Shown: positions 45,150 through 57,184, counted from the first letter of the stretch. The stretch: DNA of 64,000 nt from Eukaryota sp. TZLM1-RC (GCA_040285825.1 JAUPSS010000007.1:954501-1018500), one strand, 5' to 3'. The notes: generated from the letters alone by a model not told the origin. Made by a program: numbers and translations.

Positions 45150-47545
45150 AAGATTCAATTCTTATGAAAATCCTCACGCACTTCATTTTCAAATTTTGTA
45201 TCTTCATAATCCAACATTGGGAAAGGCTCGAATCTTATCCTACCATTGGCAGGACTTCCGTCTGGTCGTTCTGCTGGGCCTTCTGGACTTAGTTATGATT
45301 ATTTGAAGTCGGTCGTCAACATATGTCCAGAAATCGTGGATGATTTAGCCTTCTTTTTTAATAGTGTTATCATGGGACGTTTCAAGTTACCACAAGCGTT
45401 AACGGCATCTCGTTCAGTTGCTTTAAGTAAGCCTGGAGGTGGTGTCAGACCTATTGCTGTTGGTGAGTCCATAATGAGATTATTAGCAATTATTTCTTTT
45501 AAAAGAGTTAAGTTATCCGCAATTGATTTTTTTCGTCCTTATCAGTTTGCCATCGGAATTCCTGATGGCACAACTTGTGCTGCGTTGTGTACAGATTTAT
45601 TTTTCAATCAAAAAAACGAAAATTATTTAATGAACATTGATTTTAAAAATGCTTTCAACTCGGTTTTTCGCTCCAGTGTTTTGCAAAAACTTGAACTACA
45701 TTATCTTCCACTTATGCCGTATTTTAAATTGATGTATTGATCACCCTCTAACTTAATTTTTCATTCTGAGAATATTGTTTCGTCATGAGGCGTCAAACAA
45801 GGGGATCCATTGAGTCCATTTTTCTTTTGCTTAGCACTGCAATCAGTTTTGGTAAAATTTAAGTCAGATTTTCCTGACATTCATATATGTACTTATGCAG
45901 ATGATTTATCACTTATCGGCCCTTTGTCTCTTTTACAGTACGGGTTACAACATTTTTTGTTTCTGTCCAAACAAATAGGGCTAGGTATTAAATTGCCCAA
46001 GTGTTTCATTATTGGTAATCAGAATGCGGAGCTGGCATTTAATGAAACTTTTATCAAATACGTTGATTACGAGGAAGATGCTATTCGGTTTCTTGGCTCT
46101 TATTTTGGAAATTGTGAAAAAGTTAAATCGATTTTGTCAGGTATTTTGGAAAAAATCGAAGAGCAACTTTTGGCTATTCAAGATCTAGAAATTTACAAAC
46201 ATTTAGCGTTTTCGGTCCTAAATGTGTGTTTTGGATCAAAAGTAATCATCTTCTTCGTTCTTTATCTCCCACAATTTCTCATGATTTTGCACGTCAATTT
46301 AATACTTTAAGAACAAATTTCTTAGGAAATTTAGTAGAAGTTTGTCCATCTAAAATTCGTTCTCATGCATTTTTTAGTCCTGAATTTGATGGAGTTGGTT
46401 TTTCAAAAGCAGAGTATTTATGCAAAAGTACTTTTATTGGTGGTATGAAAAATTTTCTTTTTGAATGGAAACTTCGTTTTGATCATATTCCTTTGAATGA
46501 ATCACATCCTTTATTAATTTCTCTTGAAAACATGGTGCATGAACTACCTGTTGATGTTTGGAATAGGAGCTTTCCTTCAAGTTTGCCTGCTGTACCTTCG
46601 AGATCTTCTGCCAATCTTCATCTTGCTGTTGTGAAATTACAGAGGTCTGTTCTTATTGGTTTTGAAGACCTGGATTTTTCTAAACGACTTAGTGTGACTA
46701 AGATTAATAGTCCCGTCTTTGCTGCCTTTTTATCAGACATTCAGAACTGCACTAGTGTTAATATCTCAGCAACCAAGGCCATTTGGTCTTCACTTAACAA
46801 ATGAAGCTTGGAAACAAAACATGCGGTTGAGATTAGGGATGTATCCAAGTGATCTTTTGGACAATTTTTATTGTATTTGTCACAAAAAACCTACTGCCAA
46901 TTTTCGTCATATTGTGATTTGTAAGAAATTTCTCCAATATAGGTCAGTTCTTCATAAGGCCGTTCGTGATGTGACATATGAGATGTTCAAGTGTTACAAT
47001 TTTAGTTGAAAAGTAGAACCTTTGTTGAAGCATTGTAGTGATGATAATTTGTTTAATTCACGTCGAGGTGATATAATTGCTCCTTTTGTGGATTCCTCTC
47101 AAGTTGTTGTTGATTTCACTACAGTTGATCCCTTTGCTTTTGTTTATCGCGATGATGTTTTACTTAGTACTAATGGTCATTTAAACAAGGCTGAAGATCG
47201 TAAGAGAGATGAATATACTGAGATATTAAATGATTTAAATAAGAATCTTTACTCGAAGTTTTCGTTTGTTCCTTTTGCCTTTTCGATTTTTGGCAATATT
47301 GGACAATCCGCCTTGAATTTAATCACTGATTTTGCTAATTTATGTCGTTCAAGTGGTAAGAATTTTGCAGGGAATTTATGGAAGAATCGTATCATTTTCA
47401 CTTTGTACAGAAATGTTCCCAAGTACTTGAGTTTAATGATGTCTAAACTTTATAAGGATTCATCAAGAGTTGGCGTGGAGAATTTAGTTTCTTATGTGTT
47501 TTAGTTTGTTTTGTTGTTATTTGATTCTACGTAATAAATGAAATT
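45150..47545 (+). mobile_element. Longest non-LTR family B copy (CRE-like RT + RLE), pseudogenised
   Basis: SAGPSGL, KPGGGVRPIAVGE, QFAIG..DG, IDFKNAFNS, GVKQGDPLSP, YADD and RLE motifs; several TGA stops and 1-2 nt indels. Confidence 0.93.
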
Positions 47546-47686
47546 AATTCAAAATAAAACAATAAATAATAATAATTTTGTTTTGAAAACTGCAATAATA
47601 AAATAGTAATCATGATTTATTAAGACCCCTTCACCATATAAAACAAAAAAATTAATAAAATAATAAACGAAATAAAATAGGCCCTT

Positions 47687-48988
47687 TTAATGGCCTAATT
47701 GAGTTTTTAACCGTGACAACTCAGCAATCGTCATTCCCATAACATCAGCAACTTGAAAAACATTATAACCTTTCGAGAAAAGAAAATCTATATCAGCATT
47801 ATCGATGAACTTTACCTTATACTGGTTCTCTCTCAGCACTTCTTCTGGTAATAATTTAGAATTCTTTATAAACTTCTTAACCTGCCTTATAGGCATTCCA
47901 ACAGCGTCAGCAATGGCTACCAAAGGGGTGTTAGTAGCATGGAAAAGCATAAAGATTTCCTCAGAAAAAACATATCCTGTCCTAACGGTATTATTGTAAA
48001 CATTTAAAACTTCTGCCTCGGTGTACCCGTACTTCGCGCCAATTTCTTGGATGACCGCGCGCGGAACATTGACTGTTTCGGCGGTTGAATCTTCCTTAAT
48101 AGCGTCCAACGCCTCAATAATCTCCCTTGTATGGGGTCTTCTAAACCAAAGATCTCTCGGTACATTCGCTTGCTCCATCCTCTTCCTAATGGTTGGAATG
48201 GTAACCTGATGCTCCATGGCAATGTCCAACGCCGTAGAACCATCCTCTACCTTCTTCCGCAGTTCATCAGGGAAAAGAGGTCCAAGTGGGCCAAGGTTGT
48301 ACTTCCTCGAATCAAGTGGGTTAGTTGCTCTTTTAAAATCTTTAAACTTGAATTCGGGTGATTCCATGGCCATATCTTCATCACCGCCTCCTTCAGCTGT
48401 ACCTGACGGAGGGTAGGCTGGTGGAAGATCCTCTACGTTGGCAACAGTCTCTACTCGTGGTGTAAAAGCAGGAAGTTCAGATGGGAAGCGGTAGTGATCG
48501 TCAATTACTTGAGGAAGTATAGGAGCTTCACCAGTCCTGTTCTGTGATACTAACATCATCGTGCGGCCTATTTGTTCTCTTATGGAGTGAGATATGGCAG
48601 ATTTGAAAACTGGAGCGAGTCCCAACTCCAAGACCAAGTTTTCTGCTATAAGTTCTGGTGAGTTTTGGGGATTGTTAATGTCTAATTCGAATAAATCTCG
48701 TAGTCTAGTTGAACCAATTGCTATATCAAGTTTGACTAAAATCCGCAATTCGCCTGGTTTATCAGGGGATATTTTGAAGTAAGGATAGTGATCTGGGCTT
48801 AGTTGAAAGCCTATGGAGTCTACAATCATTTGTACAAATACAGGAGGAAGATTCATGTCAGAGACAAGTTGTGTGGCGAAGGGAAGGTAATCCTTGTCAT
48901 TTGGATTCCAAAGAAAGCAGTCTACGAGTCTGTTATCTTCATATTCAAGGTCAAGTCTTATTGGTACCAGAAACTCCCATTGATCCAT
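47687..48988 (-). CDS. SNF5: SNF5/SMARCB1/Sfh1-family subunit with C-terminal HTH-like repeats, ~433 aa
   Basis: Rpt1 LVPIRLDLE...L.D.FLWN...FA..L..D..LP; Rpt2 ELRI.VKLDI.IG...L.D.FE.DI...NSPE..A..L..ELGL...F...I.HSIREQ; likely ATG 48988. Confidence 0.88.
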   Translation of the reverse strand: MDQWEFLVPIRLDLEYEDNRLVDCFLWNPNDKDYLPFATQLVSDMNLPPVFVQMIVDSIGFQLSPDHYPYFKISPDKPGELRILVKLDIAIGSTRLRDLFELDINNPQNSPELIAENLVLELGLAPVFKSAISHSIREQIGRTMMLVSQNRTGEAPILPQVIDDHYRFPSELPAFTPRVETVANVEDLPPAYPPSGTAEGGGDEDMAMESPEFKFKDFKRATNPLDSRKYNLGPLGPLFPDELRKKVEDGSTALDIAMEHQVTIPTIRKRMEQANVPRDLWFRRPHTREIIEALDAIKEDSTAETVNVPRAVIQEIGAKYGYTEAEVLNVYNNTVRTGYVFSEEIFMLFHATNTPLVAIADAVGMPIRQVKKFIKNSKLLPEEVLRENQYKVKFIDNADIDFLFSKGYNVFQVADVMGMTIAELSRLKTQLGH

Positions 48989-49058
48989 TGGGTGTAAGTT
49001 GAAAAGGGAGATTGGATGGTAAAGGTGGATAAGTTGGGCAACTGCCAATCTTCAATAA

Positions 49059-49811
49059 ATGTTTCATTCACTATCACGGGATTCTCCAACGCCTTCTGGT
49101 ACGCCGACGGCGTCTCCTTCACTTGAAACTGAGGTAGTTGTTGATGCTTCTCCTACAGTTCCTGAAGATTCTCCATCCCCCTCAACCAAATCGTTTTCCC
49201 AAAAGTCTCTTCAATACTCCCCTCGCGTCTCCCCTCGCAACCTACGCTCATCTGAATCCAAACGCATAGATCAAATCACAGATCCTGCACTTCGTTCATC
49301 TCTTCTCCGAGACTTGGATGCGTGTGTGCGATGTGGTGTCACATATGGTTCTGAGTCAAAACAGTACAAAAAACGCCTCCACAAACTTTCAAGTGACATC
49401 ACCAATGCTATTGATAATCAGTCAAAGACCCCAAAACCTGGCAATGATTCCTTGCCAGTATCATGGCTGAGAGTGGTGGTTTTGCTTCATTTTCTTGTGT
49501 TTTTCTCTCCCTTCTTTTACCATATCAATGTAACTTGTACTAATTTTTTTGGTTATTTTATCATTATTTCTATATCAATTTCGTTATTGCAACTCGTAAC
49601 GTCTTTGTTTGTTTTAATTTCTAATTCAAAAACAACTGCTTTGATTTCTTTTATTTTTTTAATTTTATTTTTCGCAGGAGGCACAACTTTTTCTGTGTTT
49701 GTTATCATTGAAAATTGTGTAGCCCTAACATTCCTTAATTATGTTCAAATAGGATTAATTACCACTGTGTTTTCTTTGTTTGAGTCTATATTATTATTTG
49801 TAATTTTTTAA
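49059..49811 (+). CDS. Hypothetical protein with a Ser/Pro-rich N-terminus and ~4 C-terminal TM helices
   Basis: 250-aa ATG-initiated ORF with hydrophobic segments; no family recognised. Confidence 0.7.
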   Translation: MFHSLSRDSPTPSGTPTASPSLETEVVVDASPTVPEDSPSPSTKSFSQKSLQYSPRVSPRNLRSSESKRIDQITDPALRSSLLRDLDACVRCGVTYGSESKQYKKRLHKLSSDITNAIDNQSKTPKPGNDSLPVSWLRVVVLLHFLVFFSPFFYHINVTCTNFFGYFIIISISISLLQLVTSLFVLISNSKTTALISFIFLILFFAGGTTFSVFVIIENCVALTFLNYVQIGLITTVFSLFESILLFVIF

Positions 49812-50193
49812 AAAGCGGAGTTGAGTTAATTTCAATAATGTTTTTTTCGTTTTGTGTATAATAAATTAATTTTTTTGAATGTCCATTAATGATTTTACTA
49901 CTCTATCAATTAAGGTTTAATTAGGCGGTCTTTTCTTGTCTGATTTGAAAAAATTCAATGGAAATCGAACTGTGAGCAGTGAATATTTTCAAATATTTTA
50001 GATGTTTTAAATGTTTTGGTTATCAATGAATGGAAAAATTCAACATAACGTCATATAAAAGATTGTTGAAAAATAAACAAAAACATCTGCAAATATAATT
50101 ACAATGCAAATAGCAGTAGATCTGGCAAACAAGTATAACGATAGTCAAAGTCTGAAATAACTACCACATAAATTGATTATAAACAAATCCTTA

Positions 50194-51405
50194 TCAATAC
50201 CTCCTTCCAGAAAGAGGCCTAGTTTTCTGCAAAACTTCCTTAGCCAATGAATAACTTAAGCCTTCCTTCTTCAAGTACAAATCCTCGATAACGTTCCTCA
50301 ACAATCCAACATCACTAATACAATCCAACCTCTCAACAGCGAGAGTAATTGCTTCACAGGGAAGAATGCAATCAGAAGGACACGAGAAGCCACAATATTT
50401 GCACTGAATTGACGTCAATTCTGGTTGAGAAGCACAAGCTTTGGTTTTACAATTACCACACAAAACATGAGAGCAAGAGAGAACAAAACTTCCTGACAAT
50501 GGCGGTCTAAGGCAACTTGAACAGGCCAAATCTACTACTAAAACTTCCTGTACACTGAGAGCTGCCCTTAGAACTTCTATAAAAGGAAAGAGTAGAGAAT
50601 TGATTGATGATTCTTGACTGGTTGGTGCAGGGTCAGTTTGTGTCGATATGTGATTGATTGAGGGTTTGATTGATGTTGTGATTGTTGATTGATTGCTTAC
50701 TTTCTTTTTTATCTCAGTTGTGGGTGTCGACGGTCTTTTATTAATCACCCGTACTGATTCGATTGGATTGCTATGACTTTCCAAAAAGGGAAGTTCAAAC
50801 TCGGCATTTCGGACCGTCTCACGTGACGATGAAAGTCGGCTTGCCGTTTTTGATCGACCCCACCTCTCAGTTTCAGCTCTTTCCAGTCTTTTTGTGTACA
50901 TTCCGACCATTTCATCATGAGTATGAATGTATTTCTTCTCAATGTCAGACAATGCACGGAGAAAAGATCTACTGGCGGTGGTCTTGTGGTTGTCTAGAAG
51001 GGCTTGCTGTTGATGAAGGACATCGGCGAAGACAGCAGAGAGTTCAGAGAAGGCAGATTTCAAGACGTTGGAACAACAAGAGTTGAAGTTGGAAGTGTGG
51101 AAGGGATTGTGAGTAGAAGAAAGAGGAAGCTTTGGTATGTGAACATCACTAGATGGATAATGTGTACATGTGGTGTATGGGGTAGGGTTGGGGTTATGGT
51201 AAGTGTGAGAATGTGGGTTTGGAGAGGTGTTTGGTCTGTGAGTTTTAGAACCTGATTGTTTTCTAATAGAGCGTTTGAATGGTATGAATTGGTTGGTTGA
51301 TCTGGCTGATTGAGGTAAAGATAGTGGCACTTTTTTGGAGATACGTGGAGAGTCAAGGGCATAGTTTTCAAAGAGCTTAAACTGTTGGCGATCAAGAGAA
51401 GACAT
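50194..51405 (-). CDS. C-terminal C3HC4 RING-finger protein with coiled coil, ~403 aa
   Basis: CSSC...CSHVLCGNC...CKYC; likely ATG 51405 (MSSLDR). Confidence 0.78.
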   Translation of the reverse strand: MSSLDRQQFKLFENYALDSPRISKKVPLSLPQSARSTNQFIPFKRSIRKQSGSKTHRPNTSPNPHSHTYHNPNPTPYTTCTHYPSSDVHIPKLPLSSTHNPFHTSNFNSCCSNVLKSAFSELSAVFADVLHQQQALLDNHKTTASRSFLRALSDIEKKYIHTHDEMVGMYTKRLERAETERWGRSKTASRLSSSRETVRNAEFELPFLESHSNPIESVRVINKRPSTPTTEIKKKVSNQSTITTSIKPSINHISTQTDPAPTSQESSINSLLFPFIEVLRAALSVQEVLVVDLACSSCLRPPLSGSFVLSCSHVLCGNCKTKACASQPELTSIQCKYCGFSCPSDCILPCEAITLAVERLDCISDVGLLRNVIEDLYLKKEGLSYSLAKEVLQKTRPLSGRRY

Positions 51406-51783
51406 TATCAAACAATATGCTGATGATTTGATTTGAATGAGACAGGATAAGAAATTGCACTGACAATCATTTCTTTGAATCAATTCATTCAAGAAATCAA
51501 GGAAAAGCAATATCAAATACACAACTGAAGCTCCAAATCCTCCAACCCTGCAACTTCAACTGCGAAACAGTTGTTGACCAGAGATTCTAAAAAATGATAA
51601 CGAATCAGAAATTGATACTGTCATTCCCTTAAAATTAAAGTAACAATGGTATTTTGTTGAAACATCTATTAAAAAATTTCTTTTTCATAAAATCTGCAAA
51701 AAATGCTGAAGCATCTTCTATTTGGCTTTCGAACTTTTGGAATTATAAAATCAAGGATTACAATGTATGTGGACAATTAGTCT

Positions 51784-52714
51784 ATTGCATTCTCATTTAT
51801 GTATACTACCAAATTTGCCCATTTGCTATATCGCTATATCGACGTCTTGGAGAAACTGCCATGAATTTTATTAATGCTTTTGAAAATTTGGTAAAAAGAA
51901 GAATGAATAAGCGTTATGATTGTCGTTTGTGGTTAAATCGAATTGTTTTTACCATTTTCAAATCAATTCCTGAAATGATTTCGAAACTTTTGATGTCTGT
52001 TAGTGCGCATTACGAAAACATTGCTGTTGTACGGTTTGATGGTGTGGAAACATGTTTTTAAGATATTGATTTTTAGATTGTGGTTTTAAAAATAGATAAA
52101 ATTACAAAAATTTATGTGTATACCAACGCTGTGGGTTTGCATTCAATGTTGTCGTTGTTCCTTTCCCTCCATGTTAATCTGATGGTTGGAGCAATGAGGT
52201 CATATACCTGTGGGAACCATTCTCTGATAAAGTTGACTGGTCCATCTTGGCTGCGGACGTCTTTGATTGTCTTGAGGATAATTACTATGATTTATGTGTA
52301 TGCAAACCTTCACTATTGAAGGTTTGTATAAGTGAATTTGAATAAGTTATCCATTTTCTGGTTAACTGTGTGTTACACACCATGACTATCCAAAACAATT
52401 AACAACAATTCACTAAAACGCAAGGTTCGAAATTTTTCCCACATAGTGGCACCGCCTGGTCCACATAGTGGTAAAATTGAAACACAAGGTGGAGTACTTT
52501 TGAGCCTATAAAATGCTGTTACTTTCTGACATGTCAAATCATTATGAATAAAACATGTTTATTTCCACTAACAAATACTAAACCCATATTTCAACTATCG
52601 AAAGAAAAACGCATTTGAGATGATATCATTCCTCCTCAATGTCCACCGAAACATAAAGATTTCTGAAATAACAAGGATCGGCAGGACTTCCTCATCCAGT
52701 GAATAATCTTTTTC
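51784..52714 (+). repeat. ~930-bp duplicated composite block, copy 1 (non-LTR D 3' end + Gypsy pol relic + unknown sequence)
   Basis: Colinear and highly similar to 57961-58888. Confidence 0.9.
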
Positions 52715-53975
52715 CACCATTTTTATTATTTCATCATTCATCCATATGAATCAAAGTCATTTATGCCATGTATGCGTCCTCTCGAATATTCCACCTCATC
52801 ATAAGCATTATTAGGGGAAAAGTATTCAAATACAGGGTGTTTGCTACCAGGCCATGGTATTTGGGACAAAGAAAGGAGAAAGGAATAATGAAATGAAATT
52901 GACCACCAAAAAAACCGCCATGGTTGCACCAGCCGCCACGTGGTGGTGTACGACCACTGTTAAAACGTAACTGAACCAACGTGATAGTAACTGAAGGCGT
53001 GTGTGTAAATCAAGATGTGTCAGAATTTGAACTTTTAAAAGTTTCTTTCAGAATTGCAGTTTAAGTTGCCACATTTCAATAATTAATTCAGGGTTGGAAA
53101 ACGCTGATGTTCTGGTTTAATGCGTTCTTCCTTGAAAAACAGTATGTGTCTTGAAGTTAAATAGCGAGAGTCCATGTAAAGGGTTTGGACCTGACCTTCC
53201 TAATCACCTGATCACGTTTCCTATCACGTGATCCTTAGTTTTAAACCTTATTTTGTAGTTTGTAGTTGGATTTTCTTATTCAGTTCTATAAACGTCCCTT
53301 TTGACTCTATTTTATGGACAATTGTGCACCGAAGCCAACAAATAATGGGTGTTCCTTTCTCGAATGTCAAAACTCAACTCACCAGCACCATCATCTTACT
53401 TCTACTTTTCAATTGAAATTCAATAGCTTAAGCAAAGCAGCAAGCAGAATGAGGACCTTACAGAAGAAAATGCGGTTCAAAAAATACCTTCCCTTTAGAT
53501 CTCCCTTTTTTATCAAGCAGGGAAGGGCACTGGTGAACTGGGATCTGCACGCATTATCTTTCTGTGGAAGGTAATTCAATACGAATACACATGATGGCCA
53601 TTGATGCAGATCCAAAAGCATATTTCCGCGTAGTGAAATCTGTACAAACTCATAATTAACTTTATGAGAACTATTACTTAAATATAATCCAATACTTACG
53701 CCCAGTAAAGTTTAATTCAGCAAATAGTGAAGTCTTTTTATTCTAGGAATTACACTTTAAATAATTCTCTTCTTAATTAACTTTAGAATTTACTATCCAT
53801 GTAGCTCCTTTTCAATAATTAATCCTCATTTTCAGCTTGAGGCTAAAACAAGGAAAAGTGTATGTTTCTGAACCTTATTTCTCGTTATTTATTGCAATGT
53901 ATAGGATATCGATGGATGGATTCTATGAATATTTCTTTCTTAAATATACCATTGCTAAGCTATCGATAAATAAAT

Positions 53976-54021
53976 ATAAGATTTATTAAACAATAAGATT
54001 TATTAAACAATAAGATTTATT
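53976..54021. repeat. 17-bp tandem repeat (ATAAGATTTATTAAACA x ~2.7)
   Basis: Read directly from the sequence. Confidence 0.9.
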
Positions 54022-54240
54022 GCTGTTCTCAGGGTATTAGTAAATGCGAACGATTTCCACTTTGGTAATTCGTACCAACGACTTTATGGCAGTTAGTTTC
54101 TGCTCCAAGACGCTTTTCACTTAGTAAAGTCATATTACCGGTTCAACACCCCTGTTTCGTTCGATCTATCCCAATTCAAGCAAGTATTTATTATTTTTCG
54201 ATAACTAGGTACCAATTATTTGGAATAAAATTTCATCTCA

Positions 54241-56367
54241 TTGGAACAACAAGTCCCTGATAACCACACTCTACAACTTGCCGATTTGATCTCAGAAGGT
54301 GTTGAGTCTCTAAACACTCTACGATCAAGCAAGGATCTTACAGACCTTACCATCTCTTTCGACGATCATGAATTCGTATGCCACTCCGCTGTTTTCTTTC
54401 TTCAAACTGAACCACGTAAGCAAACAGTTACCTCCAATCGCCTAGACATTGACTCTGCTGGCATGGTCGACGACATTACTGTTTTCACAAAGGTCATGAT
54501 GGCAATGTATGGAGCTCCCCTGGAGATTGATGACACTAATTTGTTCGACATTCTGCTTGTGGCCAAGCTGCTCAAGTTCAACTGCCTTCTCCAACATTGT
54601 AAAACTCTCCAAAAGGAAGGTCTCCAGTCTTCCCCTCCCAGTTTCAGAGTCAACGCATCCGAACTCATGCAAGGTCTCCACGGCCAAACTGAGGTTCAAT
54701 TGGAGTACTCCGGATTTTCCCTCAAGACAAACAAACTCTTTCTTTGCTGCATTTCCAAGTATTTCAGAAAACAATGGTGTCTTGAATGGAAAGATTCGGT
54801 GGATTATGTACTTGAATTTGATGATTTATTGAAAGTTGAAAAGGAAAGCTTTGAAACTTTCTTTTCATTATTTAAAGGTATTGATGTTGCTATTTCCCTT
54901 CAAAATGTCTATGAGATTCGATATCTCGCCGTTTACTTTGAAATTAAACCAATTGTGGCTTTTTGTGATGATTTTTTGAAGAATTCTTTCAATGAAGGTT
55001 TAATTGAGCAAGCAAGTGATTTTAATGATGTTTTGTTTGCAGAAACTTTTGGTTCTAGACTTGAGCAGATTAAGGCTTCTGAAGGCATCTCCATTACTCC
55101 CGCAGTATTTGAGGTGCTCTCTGGGATGAATGTTGATGCTGTTTTTCTTGTGAAATCATTAAAATTGTCTTGGCAGAACAAAAGATCGGCCTGGTCCGTT
55201 GAGGAATTCAACACTTACTTGAAAACAATCAAATGTTCGGTAGATAATGCTCCTGTGATACATGGTGTTCTTTCCGAGCTACTGGACGATGATGATCTTG
55301 AGTTATGTGTTAGTAGATTTCTTCTCAAGCTAGTGCCTTTACAATTAGAAGCAGTTCACAAAAAGGTTTGTCATGAGGTTAGTGAAGTTGCTGCCAAGGT
55401 GGATGCTCTAGAATCATGTAATGCTGATTTAACTCAACAACTTTGTGAGTTTAAGAAGGATGTACCATTAAAGATGGATGCTTTTCGAAAAGAAATGTCT
55501 ACTGGGGTTAAGGAGACTAACAGGAAAATTGATCTACAACAGACCTCAATTAAGCGTAGGATTGATCAATTTCAGCGAGAGACGAGGACTTCAATTGGAT
55601 CACTCACTGCTGATGTTGGAAAAAAGATGAATACTTTAGAATCATTTAAAGCTCAGTTCACCAAACAACTTGGTGATCTTAAGAAGGAGATTGAGGAAAA
55701 GTCAAAGGTTCAATTTGTTGAGGTTGAAACTTTTCTCACAACTGTTGATCTTTTGAATCAATGCAGAATCGATTTAAAAAATTGTTTTGATTGTGAGCAA
55801 CTCACAAAGCACAGAAAACAGTACGAACAAAACGAGAAAGATCTTGTCCAATCTCTTGTTAAATTAGGCTCACTGCCTGTACTGCTACGATGTGTTCCTC
55901 CCCAATCAGTGTGGATGGACTCTATCCTCTCTGTGTTTAATGCAGGAGAACTGCATCTTTCATATGAAGAACTTGATCTGTTTCTTTCATTTTGTTCCAC
56001 CAACAATTTAAACAATATTAGAATTCCAAAGTGTTACAAGGATGACGAAGAAGCTCTGAGGTGTTTTGGGAACAAGAAGCTGTTGAGATATTCAGATGAT
56101 TTACTTCGTCGTTGTTCAGACAGACTCAAGGACAAGGAAGATTATTGCCGCTGGGTTATGTCACAGGAATTAAGTGTAAAGGAAGCAGACAAATGCTTCA
56201 AACATTGTTCAGAAAACCTCAGAGATAATGAGGACTTTTGCCGCTTTGCAATGTCTCGAGGTTGTTGTTTGCGGCGTTGTTCAACAAGGTTGAGAAACAG
56301 TGTTGAATTTGTAAAATATGCAATATCTCAAAATCCATCAAACAAAAGATACATTCCTTCCGAATAA
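54241..56367 (+). CDS. Tandem BTB/POZ protein with coiled coil and C-terminal Cys-containing short repeats (DUF4116-like); start uncertain
   Basis: L..LR....LTDLTI.F....F.CH..V; second BTB FL.CISKYFRK.W...YFEI..I...C; repeats CS.RL(K/R)D.EDFCR. Confidence 0.75.
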   Translation: MEQQVPDNHTLQLADLISEGVESLNTLRSSKDLTDLTISFDDHEFVCHSAVFFLQTEPRKQTVTSNRLDIDSAGMVDDITVFTKVMMAMYGAPLEIDDTNLFDILLVAKLLKFNCLLQHCKTLQKEGLQSSPPSFRVNASELMQGLHGQTEVQLEYSGFSLKTNKLFLCCISKYFRKQWCLEWKDSVDYVLEFDDLLKVEKESFETFFSLFKGIDVAISLQNVYEIRYLAVYFEIKPIVAFCDDFLKNSFNEGLIEQASDFNDVLFAETFGSRLEQIKASEGISITPAVFEVLSGMNVDAVFLVKSLKLSWQNKRSAWSVEEFNTYLKTIKCSVDNAPVIHGVLSELLDDDDLELCVSRFLLKLVPLQLEAVHKKVCHEVSEVAAKVDALESCNADLTQQLCEFKKDVPLKMDAFRKEMSTGVKETNRKIDLQQTSIKRRIDQFQRETRTSIGSLTADVGKKMNTLESFKAQFTKQLGDLKKEIEEKSKVQFVEVETFLTTVDLLNQCRIDLKNCFDCEQLTKHRKQYEQNEKDLVQSLVKLGSLPVLLRCVPPQSVWMDSILSVFNAGELHLSYEELDLFLSFCSTNNLNNIRIPKCYKDDEEALRCFGNKKLLRYSDDLLRRCSDRLKDKEDYCRWVMSQELSVKEADKCFKHCSENLRDNEDFCRFAMSRGCCLRRCSTRLRNSVEFVKYAISQNPSNKRYIPSE

Positions 56368-56369
56368 AA

Positions 56370-57100
56370 GAAGTCTGGTAGGATAATTGGTAATTAGCAG
56401 TGAAGAAATCACGTTCATTATCAGAGACGATGTGATTTATGGTGAAGTCTTCAGGTGAATGAAGAGAATTTAAAGAATCCAAAGTTTCATCATTGAAGGC
56501 AGCAGGAGAAGAACCAGCCAATAATTTAAGAGCTGAAGAGTATTGTCAACGAAGAATCAAAGACTCAAAACGTTTTTTGACATTTTTAGATTGTTGAACC
56601 GACCTCTTATATATAGATTTCTTGTGTGAAGACATAGTCTTAGAAAGACAAAATTTCCAAAAAATCGAAGGATTCCAAATGCCCTTTCGAAGAGAGAAGG
56701 TTAAAGATCGAATAACTGTTGCAAGAGAAGACGAGTGAGCAGGAGAAACGAATTGAGGGATTGCAAATGGAGGTCTACAAGGATCAATTGACGTGTAAGA
56801 ATCACAAACCAAAAGAGGTCGAAACGAAACATTGAATCTAGAAACTGGAGAACAACAAAACAAACAAGATTTTGTATTACTACTGACTGAAGACGAATGA
56901 AGTATATGTGGAGGCTCAATAGACTCAATAGATGAAGATAATGATGCAAATACATCTTCATCTGACAAAACTTTTCGCTGAGGACATGTTGTTTATGTGT
57001 GACCAACAGTTTTGCACAAAGAATAGGTAGTCACAGAATTCTTAGGGCGTCCTCTAGAAGGTTTAGAAGTAACTGACTTCGGAGTCACAGATAAGCATGG
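56370..57100 (-). mobile_element. Pre-RT region of a CRE-like non-LTR ORF (fragment)
   Basis: VKKRFESLILR*QYSSALKLLAGSSPAAFNDETLDSLNSLH resembles the G.YSKAL...T...L..LHP motif that precedes the RT domain. Confidence 0.55.
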
Positions 57101-57184
57101 AGGAAAACAAAATTTTATTATTGTATTATTTTGTTATTTTATTCTTATTTTTTTGTATTAATTGAGTTTATAAAATTTAATTTC

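Noticed and set aside
45700-47010. TGA recoding suggested by in-frame TGA codons in TE ORFs
   Set aside because: The TGAs replace different residues (for example Cys in the paralog and probably Gly/Arg elsewhere), and host genes terminate normally at TGA, TAA and TAG.
41093-47504. RIP- or APOBEC-like hypermutation of repeats
   Set aside because: Differences between family B copies include many transversions and indels, with no clear C-to-T polarity by eye.
52130-52280. hAT transposase CxxH motif (HCSNHQINM)
   Set aside because: A frameshift artefact; the paralog at 58.3k reads as a Gypsy RT-region relic.
52421-53102. hAT-like ends (CAAGGTTCGAAA, CAGGGTTGGAAA) and a tRNA T-loop-like GGTTCGA
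   Set aside because: No matching inverted partner, TSD or cloverleaf found.
54209-54241. Intron-like GTACC...TTCATCTCAT before the BTB ORF
   Set aside because: It ends in CAT rather than CAG, and splicing would leave an in-frame stop with no upstream ATG.
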